Origin: a virus
Taxonomy: Duplodnaviria > Caudoviricetes
DNA length: 64,000 nucleotides
Direction: 5' to 3' (one strand)
Virus record (IMG/VR): IMGVR_UViG_3300022602_000027
Shown here in pieces: positions 57,001-64,000 of the stretch. The notes beneath the pieces are model-generated. The model saw nothing but the letters and a program-made list of their open reading frames with translations. It did no database searches and was not told the origin of the DNA. Each line of letters opens with the position of its first letter. Position 1 is the first letter of the stretch. A program made the position numbers and the translations under genes.

Positions 57001-60000
57001 ATAGTTCCACTTTGTACACTTGTTACATTTAATGTTGTTCCTGAGATATAACCACTGAATGATGCAGAACTATATGTTCCGATCATAGTAGATTTCTGAG
57101 CTTCAATAGTTGAGAAATCAGTAAGGCTAACGTATGGACTATATCTACCAAGTGCATTAACCGATGATAACTGACCACCTGTAAATGTAATTACAGTACC
57201 GTCAATGTTGTTACTGTTAGTTGTAGGCGAAGTTACAGTAGCAGCCGAGCTAATTGTAATTGGACCACCTACGTTTGCAGTGTAGTTGCCAACTGCTCCG
57301 CCTGTGAACGCAGATCCGTTTGATGGAGTAGTAGTTAACGCATACGTTACTTGAGTAGTTGTTGCAGATAATACTGTAGCTGTTACGTTATATGCATTTG
57401 GAGTTATACCAGTAACAGTTAATGTTGAACCTACAGTGAACGGAACAGTTGCTTGAGCGGCATAGGTAAGTGTTGCAATACTATTTGTACCAACTCCTGT
57501 AGCTGTAGCAGTTGCCCCAGTAATAGTAATACTTGCACCATTAAGAGCAGTAATATAAGCACCTGCAGGGATACCTGTTCCTGTAATATATGTATTAGCA
57601 GTAGCTGGTGTAGTTAATCCTGGAATCCAAGAAACGTTTTGTATTACAGTACTACCGCTAGTAACAGTACCTATTGCGGACCAATTGAAAGATCCATCAG
57701 TTGCATAATCAATTAGATAACCAATTAGTGTTGCAATTCTAGTTTGTTCAGCTGTTGGTGCGCTATAAGAATACGTATATGTTGTACGATCTTGTGTTAG
57801 GTTATTACCACTTGTAGGAGTAATTGCTTGATTAATAACAACTGATTGCAATACTTGATTAAGTCTTACAAATGATGCTAAACAAATTGCTTGTACACTA
57901 ACAGTACTGTTACCAATAGTAATTTGTAATTCGCTAGTACCGCCACTATAGTAACTTTGAGCAATATCATACATCATGCTGTTGCTATTGTTACCTGCGT
58001 TATTGAACACAATATCGTAGGTTAATGCATCAATAATATAGCCAATATCTCGTTGACTCTTGATAGCACTATAAGCCGCGTTGGCACTAATATTAAAATT
58101 ATAAGCAATCCAAGCTGTAATTTCTTGTTGTATAAATGCTTTGTTTATTTGTAAAATATTCTTTACAGCTAGTTGATTAGCTGTAGTATATGTGCTAGTT
58201 GTAGTTGGCCAAACAATAGTTGGCACATAACTTAAACCGTTATTAAGAATATTTGTTATTGTATTTAAACTAGACTTAATATTTGATAAACTACCGCCAC
58301 TTACTGCCGGAGCATTCAAGTTTCCAATTTTTGTTCCAACATAAGTGATTCCTTGACTAGTCAATGATAACGCTAGTCCTGTAGGAATATTTTGTGGTTG
58401 AAGTAATGTTAATCCTAATTTAGCACTTTGATAATTTGTACCTAATGCTAAATCGTATGCCACTGCATCGATAACAGTGCCAAGTACAGTACTAATAGTT
58501 GAGTAACTATTTCCAAATGCAGTCAATGGACTAAATGGAGTAGACGCATCTAATACCATTACAGTTTGAGGTAATGAGAATGTGTAAGTACCAGCCGCTT
58601 GTGCGTTTAGTGCTGTGGTTAACAATATAGTTGTTGAGCCATTCCAAAGAGGATCAACGTAAGTATAAGCAGGAACACCGTTACCTGTGACTAGCATTCC
58701 TTTAGCAATACCACTAGCTGAATTTACAACTAATGTTAAAGAACCACTTGCACCACCTGATGCGTATGAACTTTGAACTTGTTGTACAGCCTGTGTATAA
58801 CTAAGAATTTCATTAACTTGATATCGATTACCTTGAACAAAGAATGAGCACGGTACTTGCGGAGCACGAACATCTAAACCTGTATTTTGTGTTCCAGTAA
58901 CTGTTAGACTTACACCTGCAACTCCGTTGACAGCATTTACAGAAGTAATATTACCTGATAGTCTTCCAGAAAATCCGTCAATAAATTGTCCACCTGCAAA
59001 GCGTGGTTCGTTAATACTACCTGAGAAACAACCAGATTCTTGAGCATATGGAGACTTGGCTTTAATTTGTCCATTAGGATCAAGTACCATCATAAAGCCG
59101 CCATGGCCTTGTCCTGAAATTAGACGAACACGAGTAGCATCATTTACTAAGAACATGTCAATGTTCTTGTTGTTTAAAGGTGTTGAATATACGTTTTGTG
59201 GATCAGTTAGATAATGATATCCATATGGCAATCCGCTAAACAAATGCCAGTATCCGGATGCCATTACAGTTGGACTTGCGTCTGCTGAATTAAATGGATA
59301 TCCTTGTAATACGTTAGCAAAAATTACATTACCGCTGACATTGGTAACTTGTGCTAGACCAGTTACTGCAATTAAATTAACAGGAGATCCGCTAGATCCT
59401 GCTGTTAGTGTGTTGTTTAAATACCATGAAGTAGAAGCACTTGTTTGAACAGTTGATCCACCTGCTGTAGTGCCAGTAATATAAGTGCCTGCTGGGATTC
59501 CAGGCCCAATAATGTATTGACCTACAAAGTTAGGAGCAGTATATGTTGAAGTATATCCGTTGTTAGCACCAGTAATTGTTCCTGAAGTAACACTTGATAC
59601 TGTTAAAGTATTGCCACTAATGTATCCAGTAAACAATGCAATAGCATCAGTTAAGATTAAATTAACCCAACTATTTGGAGCAGTACCACTACCTAGTGTA
59701 CCAGTTATAGAACCACTAGTTGCACTTAAGGTTAATGAAGTGTTAGCTGATACAGCATAATCAATACCGCCACGGCCTAAACTTGGAAAATTAATTTGAC
59801 CTGTTAATAAATTATCAATGACTGCATCGCGATAGAAGAACGTATTAACCCATGGACTTTGACTAATTCGATTTGCCGGGCGCACAATCGTACGGCGGAA
59901 ATCATCACCTGCGATTGTACAGTTTTGTGGTAACTTGATTGGGAAATCTTCATAGTAGATACCGCTTTCAACATTAATAGTAATTTGTAAACTTGAAGTA

Positions 60001-63000
60001 GTTGCACCAAAGTCTAATGTTTCATTTAGCTGGAAGAAACCTGGCTGAGTTAATTGAACAACGATTGTATCGTAACTTGACAATGTTCCTTGTGTGTAGC
60101 TAACAATAACACCTTGTGCTCCACTGGTATTACCAATTAAAATTTGTCCTGGAAGAATGTGAACGTCACCTGGCGCACCTTGATCAACGTAACCACGTCC
60201 ACCGTTAGCAAATGTAATACTCCACAAACCTGTACCAAAACTTGGAGTTGGAGCTGATCCAACACCGTTGGTAATAATACCTAACATGGTTGCATACAAT
60301 GTTTGTAGTTGGCTTGTTGCAGAACTAGCACCGCCAAGTCCTGAATTAAACGATGCAGGATATTGTGATATTTGTGATTGGTAACGTAATGCTGAAACTT
60401 GATTTAAAACTTGTATTGCTAGTGTTTCAGCATATTTCAATCCGTCAACAGTTTCAGCATACTGTGTACCGATAGCTATTGTAGCCGCTGATGCATTTTT
60501 ATAGTATGACTTACCTGCATTAATTGATTGATATGTACCACCAGTTAATAAGTCAATAGCCATTGCATCAATTACATAGCCGACGTCTCTATAACAAGTG
60601 GCTTGATTGTAAGAGAAACCACCAACATACTTATTAGCCATATAAGCTAAAATATTGTTAGATATAGTTGATGCTTGATTAATAACAATCTGTGTTGCGT
60701 TGTATAATTGAGCGTTAGTAGTAACATAAGTAGCCAACGATGGGTATGTTGGAGTAATTGTAGCTCCTGCAATTACTGGTTCAATAATTGACGAGAACAA
60801 TGTAGTAATTGCACCTGCGGCAAATGCGTGTGGTGTGTCAAAACTTGTGCTAAATGTTTGAGCAAGGATTGCTCCAACTTGTGTTGTAACAGCATTATCT
60901 TCTGAAACTTTTGTAATACTGTCTAGCAATCTAGCAATAACTGTATTAACGCCACCGTACCAAATAGAATTTTCTGATCCACCCTTAGCAAAGTTTAGCA
61001 TGATCTGATTAGCCGCATACCATGAAGCAGAACTAGATGCTACAGTAGCAGTAGTAGATGCTAAATCATAAGCAACTGCTTCAGATAGATATACAATACT
61101 ATTTTTAAATGCAGTTATACCTTCAGCAGGAATAAATCCGCTGTGATTAATAGTTGCATACAAGTATGCATCTTCTGCTAAGAATTGTAAGTTTGCCAAT
61201 ATACCTGCGGCAGCATTGCCATATGTAGAATATGTTTGGCTTGGCATAAATGGTGTTGGACGATTATAAACTGTCGCAGTACCTGTGCCAGATGTTGATA
61301 CTAATGTCTTTTGAGTTGCATTTCCAGCTAATGGATTAGTTGTACTAATTGTAAATTGATTATTAACACTATCAATAGAATAGATGTAGTATGTTCCGCC
61401 ATTAGTTCCTGCAAGGTTAACACTACCTCCCCACACTTGGGCAAACGTAATTGGTTGTCCTACGTATAAATTATAAACATTGTTTGTTGAGAATGAAGAA
61501 GTGTTAGTTCCAGTAATTGGAATTTGTGCTGTTCCTACACCGTAGGTTAATATTTGATTAACTGTTTTGAATAAACTAGAAACATCAGCAGTTAATGAAT
61601 CATTATTAATAATGCTGTACTGTGCTTTAAGTTCAGTATCGGCAGCTAAAGCCCAAGCAGTTGGATTAAACAACTGTGTGTAACTATAAATTGTTCCAGT
61701 TGATGGAGTAGTTGGGGTTACTAGACTATAAGTTGTAGCCGCAACAGATTCACTACTGCTACTAACAATAATTTGTATAGTTGTAATATTTGCAATAATA
61801 TTATTGCTTAATGTGTCATTTGCAACTACGTGATTTAATGTTTGGTTAGTATACTGAGGTACTGTAGTTTGATATAATACAGTACTGTTAGTACCTAATG
61901 GTGTATTGGTTAATACATTTGCAACTAATGTTTTTAAGTAAATTATTGAAGCAATGGTTGCTGATTTTTCTTGATCCTGGAATGTATCAACGCTATAACT
62001 AGCCGCCCAGTATTGTAGACCTGCATATACACTTTGACTGTTACCACCGTAGATTAAATCATATACCAATGACCATACTATGTATTGTATATCGCGTTGG
62101 CAAGTAGATTTACTATAAGCTAATGAAGGATACTTACTGGTTAAGTAAGCAACAATTTCTGCTTGCAAGAAGGCAACGTTGTTTAATAATAATGATTTAG
62201 CATCAGTCTGTTCTATAGTTGTTGAACTGATTGATGGGTATGTTGGTGTTGATGCTGTTCCTGTTTGTATTATTGCTTCAAGATTAGTAAAGTATGGAGC
62301 TATCAATGTTCCTTGACCGTTACTAGATCCGATGGTAGTTAAGATAGTGGCTTGTAATTGATTCAATACAAAAACCATTTCAGAAGAGCTAACACCAATT
62401 CCGTAATGATTAAAATTTAATCCTGCAATAGTAGTTTGGAAATTTGAACCCAATAGTAAATCGTACTGTAATGCAGAAATAATCTGGCTAACATATTGCT
62501 TTAATAAAGGTGTACTGTAAGAATACGTAGCAATCTGTGTTTGAATTTGATTAATTGCGTCAGTAACTTGTGCCAATTGGTTAGCAACAATATTTTGATT
62601 TACTGAAGATTGATTGAACAAACTAGTAACATAGGTTACAGTATTAAAGTTTGAACCTAAAATAGCATCGTACCCAATGCCTTGTGTGATGTTATAAAGT
62701 AAATTATAAAATCCAGTGTTTGAAAACTGACTAACATACTTTTGGTTAATGTATGCAATAGTTTCTGTTTGAATAAATTGCTTGTTGTCTTCTAGAAGTG
62801 TAGCCGCACTAGTATAGACACTATTGCCATTATTACCAGTTGCTCCTAATCCAGCCGCATTAACAATTGATTGAGTTTGAATAGCGTTCTGAGTGTAAGT
62901 AATAGTTTGACGATATGGGCCCGGCTCTAATTGACTTAGAGACATTAAGCTATCTGCTTCTAAACATGCCGCACTAATAGTTTTATATGCATATTGCCAT

Positions 63001-63887
63001 GCACGACCTTGACGTCCAGCTGGCGTAAGAGTTTGGTTATCATCACCTGTTGTAGAAACATACAAGTTTACTGAACTGTAAAATGTATTATTATCAACAT
63101 AGTATTTTGTAGCCGCTTGTAAGTCCGAGCTTGACTTAGGAGTTCCAAATCCTGATAATGGTGCTGGATGATCGCTAAGAGTTAATGCACCAGTCATAGT
63201 GTCACCACCACGGTACACTGTATCTTTACGTTGCATTACTTCAGTAGTCAAGTAATTACTTGTGTATGAAGCGTTATAATCACTATCGCTAATTTGCGGA
63301 ACTAATGGTTGTGAGCGAGTTTTAAGAGCCGCGCTAACGGTATAAGTGCCCGCAACAGGAGCAGACAACACTTGATTAAGATTGCTAAAATTACTACCAA
63401 CAGCCGCAACAAAATTTTGAACACCGTAGTTAACTGATACAGGTAAACGTCCAAGTGTAGTAGGAGCACCTGAATAAACAGAGTTAAATGCATTAACTAG
63501 TGATGAACTAGGATCTACAATATTACCAATGGTATAAAGACTGTTGGCATTAATACTTTGAATAAGTGTAGGACTAGTATCATCAATTAGCTTAGATGCT
63601 GTAGCTTTAATATCAATAGTATTTTCAGTAAAGGTAATGGCTAAGTTACCATCGGAGTTAGTTAAAGTTCTTGCAGAAAGACTTGTTCCAGTAGCGTTTG
63701 CAGTAATCAATTGATTAGCGGCATAGCTAGTTCCGTCACCTAGCCCTGCTAAAGTTAGTTTTCCACCTAATCCAAATATTGCATAAAGTTCAGTAAAGTT
63801 ACTGTTAACTTTATTAAACGAATCACGAATGCTGTCGCCAGTTCCGTCGTTACCTTGAATACCTGTATTAATTATTTGTTGTGTCAT
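51078..63887 (-). CDS. giant mosaic tail fibre / adhesin (4269 aa)
   Basis: gp9/10-like N-terminus [12 protein letters not shown]; fibre knuckle motifs AATKYYVD and AANKTYVD; beta-helix-like [24 protein letters not shown]; C-terminal ADLAEYYE...IIGKAL intramolecular chaperone-like domain. Confidence 0.8.
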   Translation of the reverse strand: MTQQIINTGIQGNDGTGDSIRDSFNKVNSNFTELYAIFGLGGKLTLAGLGDGTSYAANQLITANATGTSLSARTLTNSDGNLAITFTENTIDIKATASKLIDDTSPTLIQSINANSLYTIGNIVDPSSSLVNAFNSVYSGAPTTLGRLPVSVNYGVQNFVAAVGSNFSNLNQVLSAPVAGTYTVSAALKTRSQPLVPQISDSDYNASYTSNYLTTEVMQRKDTVYRGGDTMTGALTLSDHPAPLSGFGTPKSSSDLQAATKYYVDNNTFYSSVNLYVSTTGDDNQTLTPAGRQGRAWQYAYKTISAACLEADSLMSLSQLEPGPYRQTITYTQNAIQTQSIVNAAGLGATGNNGNSVYTSAATLLEDNKQFIQTETIAYINQKYVSQFSNTGFYNLLYNITQGIGYDAILGSNFNTVTYVTSLFNQSSVNQNIVANQLAQVTDAINQIQTQIATYSYSTPLLKQYVSQIISALQYDLLLGSNFQTTIAGLNFNHYGIGVSSSEMVFVLNQLQATILTTIGSSNGQGTLIAPYFTNLEAIIQTGTASTPTYPSISSTTIEQTDAKSLLLNNVAFLQAEIVAYLTSKYPSLAYSKSTCQRDIQYIVWSLVYDLIYGGNSQSVYAGLQYWAASYSVDTFQDQEKSATIASIIYLKTLVANVLTNTPLGTNSTVLYQTTVPQYTNQTLNHVVANDTLSNNIIANITTIQIIVSSSSESVAATTYSLVTPTTPSTGTIYSYTQLFNPTAWALAADTELKAQYSIINNDSLTADVSSLFKTVNQILTYGVGTAQIPITGTNTSSFSTNNVYNLYVGQPITFAQVWGGSVNLAGTNGGTYYIYSIDSVNNQFTISTTNPLAGNATQKTLVSTSGTGTATVYNRPTPFMPSQTYSTYGNAAAGILANLQFLAEDAYLYATINHSGFIPAEGITAFKNSIVYLSEAVAYDLASTTATVASSSASWYAANQIMLNFAKGGSENSIWYGGVNTVIARLLDSITKVSEDNAVTTQVGAILAQTFSTSFDTPHAFAAGAITTLFSSIIEPVIAGATITPTYPSLATYVTTNAQLYNATQIVINQASTISNNILAYMANKYVGGFSYNQATCYRDVGYVIDAMAIDLLTGGTYQSINAGKSYYKNASAATIAIGTQYAETVDGLKYAETLAIQVLNQVSALRYQSQISQYPASFNSGLGGASSATSQLQTLYATMLGIITNGVGSAPTPSFGTGLWSITFANGGRGYVDQGAPGDVHILPGQILIGNTSGAQGVIVSYTQGTLSSYDTIVVQLTQPGFFQLNETLDFGATTSSLQITINVESGIYYEDFPIKLPQNCTIAGDDFRRTIVRPANRISQSPWVNTFFYRDAVIDNLLTGQINFPSLGRGGIDYAVSANTSLTLSATSGSITGTLGSGTAPNSWVNLILTDAIALFTGYISGNTLTVSSVTSGTITGANNGYTSTYTAPNFVGQYIIGPGIPAGTYITGTTAGGSTVQTSASTSWYLNNTLTAGSSGSPVNLIAVTGLAQVTNVSGNVIFANVLQGYPFNSADASPTVMASGYWHLFSGLPYGYHYLTDPQNVYSTPLNNKNIDMFLVNDATRVRLISGQGHGGFMMVLDPNGQIKAKSPYAQESGCFSGSINEPRFAGGQFIDGFSGRLSGNITSVNAVNGVAGVSLTVTGTQNTGLDVRAPQVPCSFFVQGNRYQVNEILSYTQAVQQVQSSYASGGASGSLTLVVNSASGIAKGMLVTGNGVPAYTYVDPLWNGSTTILLTTALNAQAAGTYTFSLPQTVMVLDASTPFSPLTAFGNSYSTISTVLGTVIDAVAYDLALGTNYQSAKLGLTLLQPQNIPTGLALSLTSQGITYVGTKIGNLNAPAVSGGSLSNIKSSLNTITNILNNGLSYVPTIVWPTTTSTYTTANQLAVKNILQINKAFIQQEITAWIAYNFNISANAAYSAIKSQRDIGYIIDALTYDIVFNNAGNNSNSMMYDIAQSYYSGGTSELQITIGNSTVSVQAICLASFVRLNQVLQSVVINQAITPTSGNNLTQDRTTYTYSYSAPTAEQTRIATLIGYLIDYATDGSFNWSAIGTVTSGSTVIQNVSWIPGLTTPATANTYITGTGIPAGAYITALNGASITITGATATATGVGTNSIATLTYAAQATVPFTVGSTLTVTGITPNAYNVTATVLSATTTQVTYALTTTPSNGSAFTGGAVGNYTANVGGPITISSAATVTSPTTNSNNIDGTVITFTGGQLSSVNALGRYSPYVSLTDFSTIEAQKSTMIGTYSSASFSGYISGTTLNVTSVQSGTIVSGMVISGNGITSGTTITANLTGSGSTGVSTWTVNASQVVASGVSPINLIGSTSSGLVSYIDQGGGLNIPIEMGGNRSMLANDYTQVNDLGYGVLATNNGLTEQVSTFTYYNHTAYWALNGAQIRSVAGSNSNGDYGLRATGYDQTQIPNVVTLASNQIQTARVYKQGSTAGYMVPTAATPALSVWVIGYQYTPFNNSEIEIDHSLAGGGITRYSVANVQHAGIQINGEDVLQLSFSTSGTGGTSTSGLQYPLYDGQLVTIRALQNQKVLNVATVHPTRPSTSFQYSNNLATVYRVIAYNLIESTGESLTQLTTGATATYVSPTSNATSSAVIRVTLGSGTISAGQVISGIGFTGTLTVYSVSFISGSDYAVTLTGTPTTQPTVGETIVFSNVVQTTSIIQTDSSFNYYQLATDPITVGTADPTPYLTGYASATVSSISSTTLVVSSVSGTIAQGMTVGGLGFTTQTVVSVSGPSAGNYTITLSAVPTSGITPVGFVYFAVKTLGAQVGDNKIAVSPLSQSITISQLNTGTYITSYNGRVHRVISYTPPVLVATATYVSGGTSVTPTLTVSGVTGTIIPSVIASNQYTYVYNNTGTGFTGQAVYVTAVSGPNGSGNYTVTLSGTVSSVTAGASLSFGTNQQSYITIDPNPIYNLAGSNVSAGALTFVSSQYSVNNTSYEYVTYNVPNTQTSANPTPVLPPVDSYIAISGQSTASYNGTYQVVGNTSQTTISVSSITNLQVGMILSSSTTGAIIPPNCIVQSISSTGNTFVVSPACWLPPGASITATFPLTVASITVNTLGNNGYATAPTLTFSGGGVDSTHGIFAQAYCTVDSVSQTINSLVVVVSGGYGYTSAPTITPSYGSATFNVTMSSVTPFSATITGSSNTTQIAVGYPTARSEVASITSNLSPTVGGVLTGIQFTSNLLTVTSTAGLIVGNQIIFTLPTSSSSQAGYIVAGVPASSTAAATVGTTYYIQSIYSSTQFTISTSQFGSAFVPVSSGTGSITGLAINWVATNFTFGGSNTFTGYTISNASVSGSGSGTYTATLTVATMTITPGAYYRVWNSINVAFNGTWLCVNSTGGSGSSLQLQYPNNPGSFTGSASVSIEATTSSSSNLGISKPFTTTTALKVGYPAQSTGQIIVNISTCRATGHDFLLIGTGGYNTSNYPNTIFGAPAISAKPGNQIVEETVGRVFYMSTDENGIFRVGKYFTVDQGTGTVTFSASIALSNLTGLGFKQGVTITEFSNDASMSQDSDFVVPTQTAVIGYINDRLGLTNTGAATTASNLIGPGFLPLSGSLSMKSNLNMGNNNIINVGTPVNGTDAANKTYVDATAYLGGLKDVELTTPAVGNILIYDTTTGSATATTQNSNVINVTSTTNLTIGDTITFTGSALQPSGLAAGTYYITSVNTGTNQITVSSTLNGSNLVLSNGTASANQVTFLTTRWRNIAIPQGSNPVVAVQGASGTGSVATLTYYASTSQYVVGQTIIVNGMVPTGYNGIYVVTASTFSAGTGNVSYSNTTSGSATTLGTIIGNSSNWTYNSASSTLTNIINSNSIVDSMVNSAAAIQQSKLLMQFATASTATAPTGYTQSTTGLAQFNSNVFTSTYGWIDLVGSTSTTTGIQPGKLTYQPQGTLVGNLGTVDGTASGNAAPVNTVSFNNVAIYGNAITNDKFATAGTVTPGIMYISSTTGGNGSSGYAGATPTGFHTSYGTLTYSTIHGVSTIPYSDSSTGFIDVTGLSISGNNALSYNSTGSVFNHKAPGGYTWATVSGSSTGNITLGGGIGTTMNIGANSQITLGSGGSVDVSGANFFTNNIVAGAYAGSLVTTNTAYFYGQFKLYGTSTLTATYSADLAEYYEGDAEYEVGTVVVFGGDKEITVTDQINDTRLAGVVSHTDKAAFVMYDECPGLKNLVALAGRVPVKVVGRVKKGDMLTTSATPGYAVKALTPTLGAIIGKALQDKDYGEAGIIEVAVGRN

Positions 63888-63890
63888 TTA

Positions 63891-64000
63891 TTAAACTCCG
63901 AAACTGCTACCGCAGCCGCATGTTGTTGTTGCATTAGGATTCTTTATTACAAAACTACTGCCCATTAATTCTTCTTTATAATCTATTTCAGCACCTGTAA
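63891..64000 (-). CDS. A-type Fe-S carrier (IscA/ErpA/HesB family), 3' end only
   Basis: Manual translation ...[34 protein letters not shown]-stop with the CGCGxSF signature. Confidence 0.9.
   Translation of the reverse strand, partial: TGAEIDYKEELMGSSFVIKNPNATTTCGCGSSFGV

Noticed and set aside
746-60010. Many plus-strand and nested ORFs in the track (e.g. 746..1099, 6490..6912, 19301..19618, 43583..44032, 50252..50803)
   Set aside because: They lie antisense or out of frame within well-supported genes, lack SD sites and recognisable motifs, and are expected shadows of biased codon usage.
44382-63887. Diversity-generating retroelement targeting the fibre genes
   Set aside because: No reverse transcriptase and no near-identical template/variable repeat pair differing at adenines was seen; the repeats are old, protein-level similarities.
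1-64000. Alternative genetic code (TAG/TGA recoding) as seen in some jumbo phages
   Set aside because: PolB, ClpA and the 4269-aa ORF are full length under code 11, and TGA, TAG and TAA all end genes at expected positions.
1-64000. tRNA, rRNA or CRISPR genes
   Set aside because: Intergenic gaps are short and I found no cloverleaf or repeat-spacer pattern by eye; a tRNAscan-SE run would confirm.

Overview
AT-rich, densely coded 64 kb fragment of a large T4-superfamily (jumbo-type) dsDNA myophage. Standard genetic code; every confident gene except phoH is on the minus strand. Left to right: a MoxR-type AAA ATPase/VWA pair and T4-type RNase H; a 7-deazaguanine DNA-modification locus (queE, folE, queD-like, dpdA; no queC in the window) interleaved with a purine phosphoribosyltransferase, a cupin, a GT-B glycosyltransferase, an HNH endonuclease, a probable sliding clamp and a UDP-sugar dehydrogenase; family B DNA polymerase; a block of probable protease-processed internal head proteins including Dps and a 1136-aa triple-nucleotidyltransferase-like protein; ClpA, Def and DnaJ; a lysis cassette (GH19 endolysin, two spanins, holin-like protein); PhoH; clamp loader; GroES; a truncated DnaE fragment; baseplate/tail genes ending in a 4269-aa fibre; and the 3' end of an IscA/ErpA gene. 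Best leads: (1) DpdA and PolB end in the same SLFE[L/F] peptide, suggesting clamp-tethered base exchange, inside a locus that could make a glycosylated carboxy-deazaguanine; (2) the 1136-aa protein fusing Pol-beta-type, ligase-type and HIGH-type nucleotidyltransferase motifs to a tandemly duplicated RNKYG module; (3) structured RNA leaders before polB and phoH and repeated hairpin-embedded sigma70 promoters. All calls come from motif recognition by eye; no database search was run.
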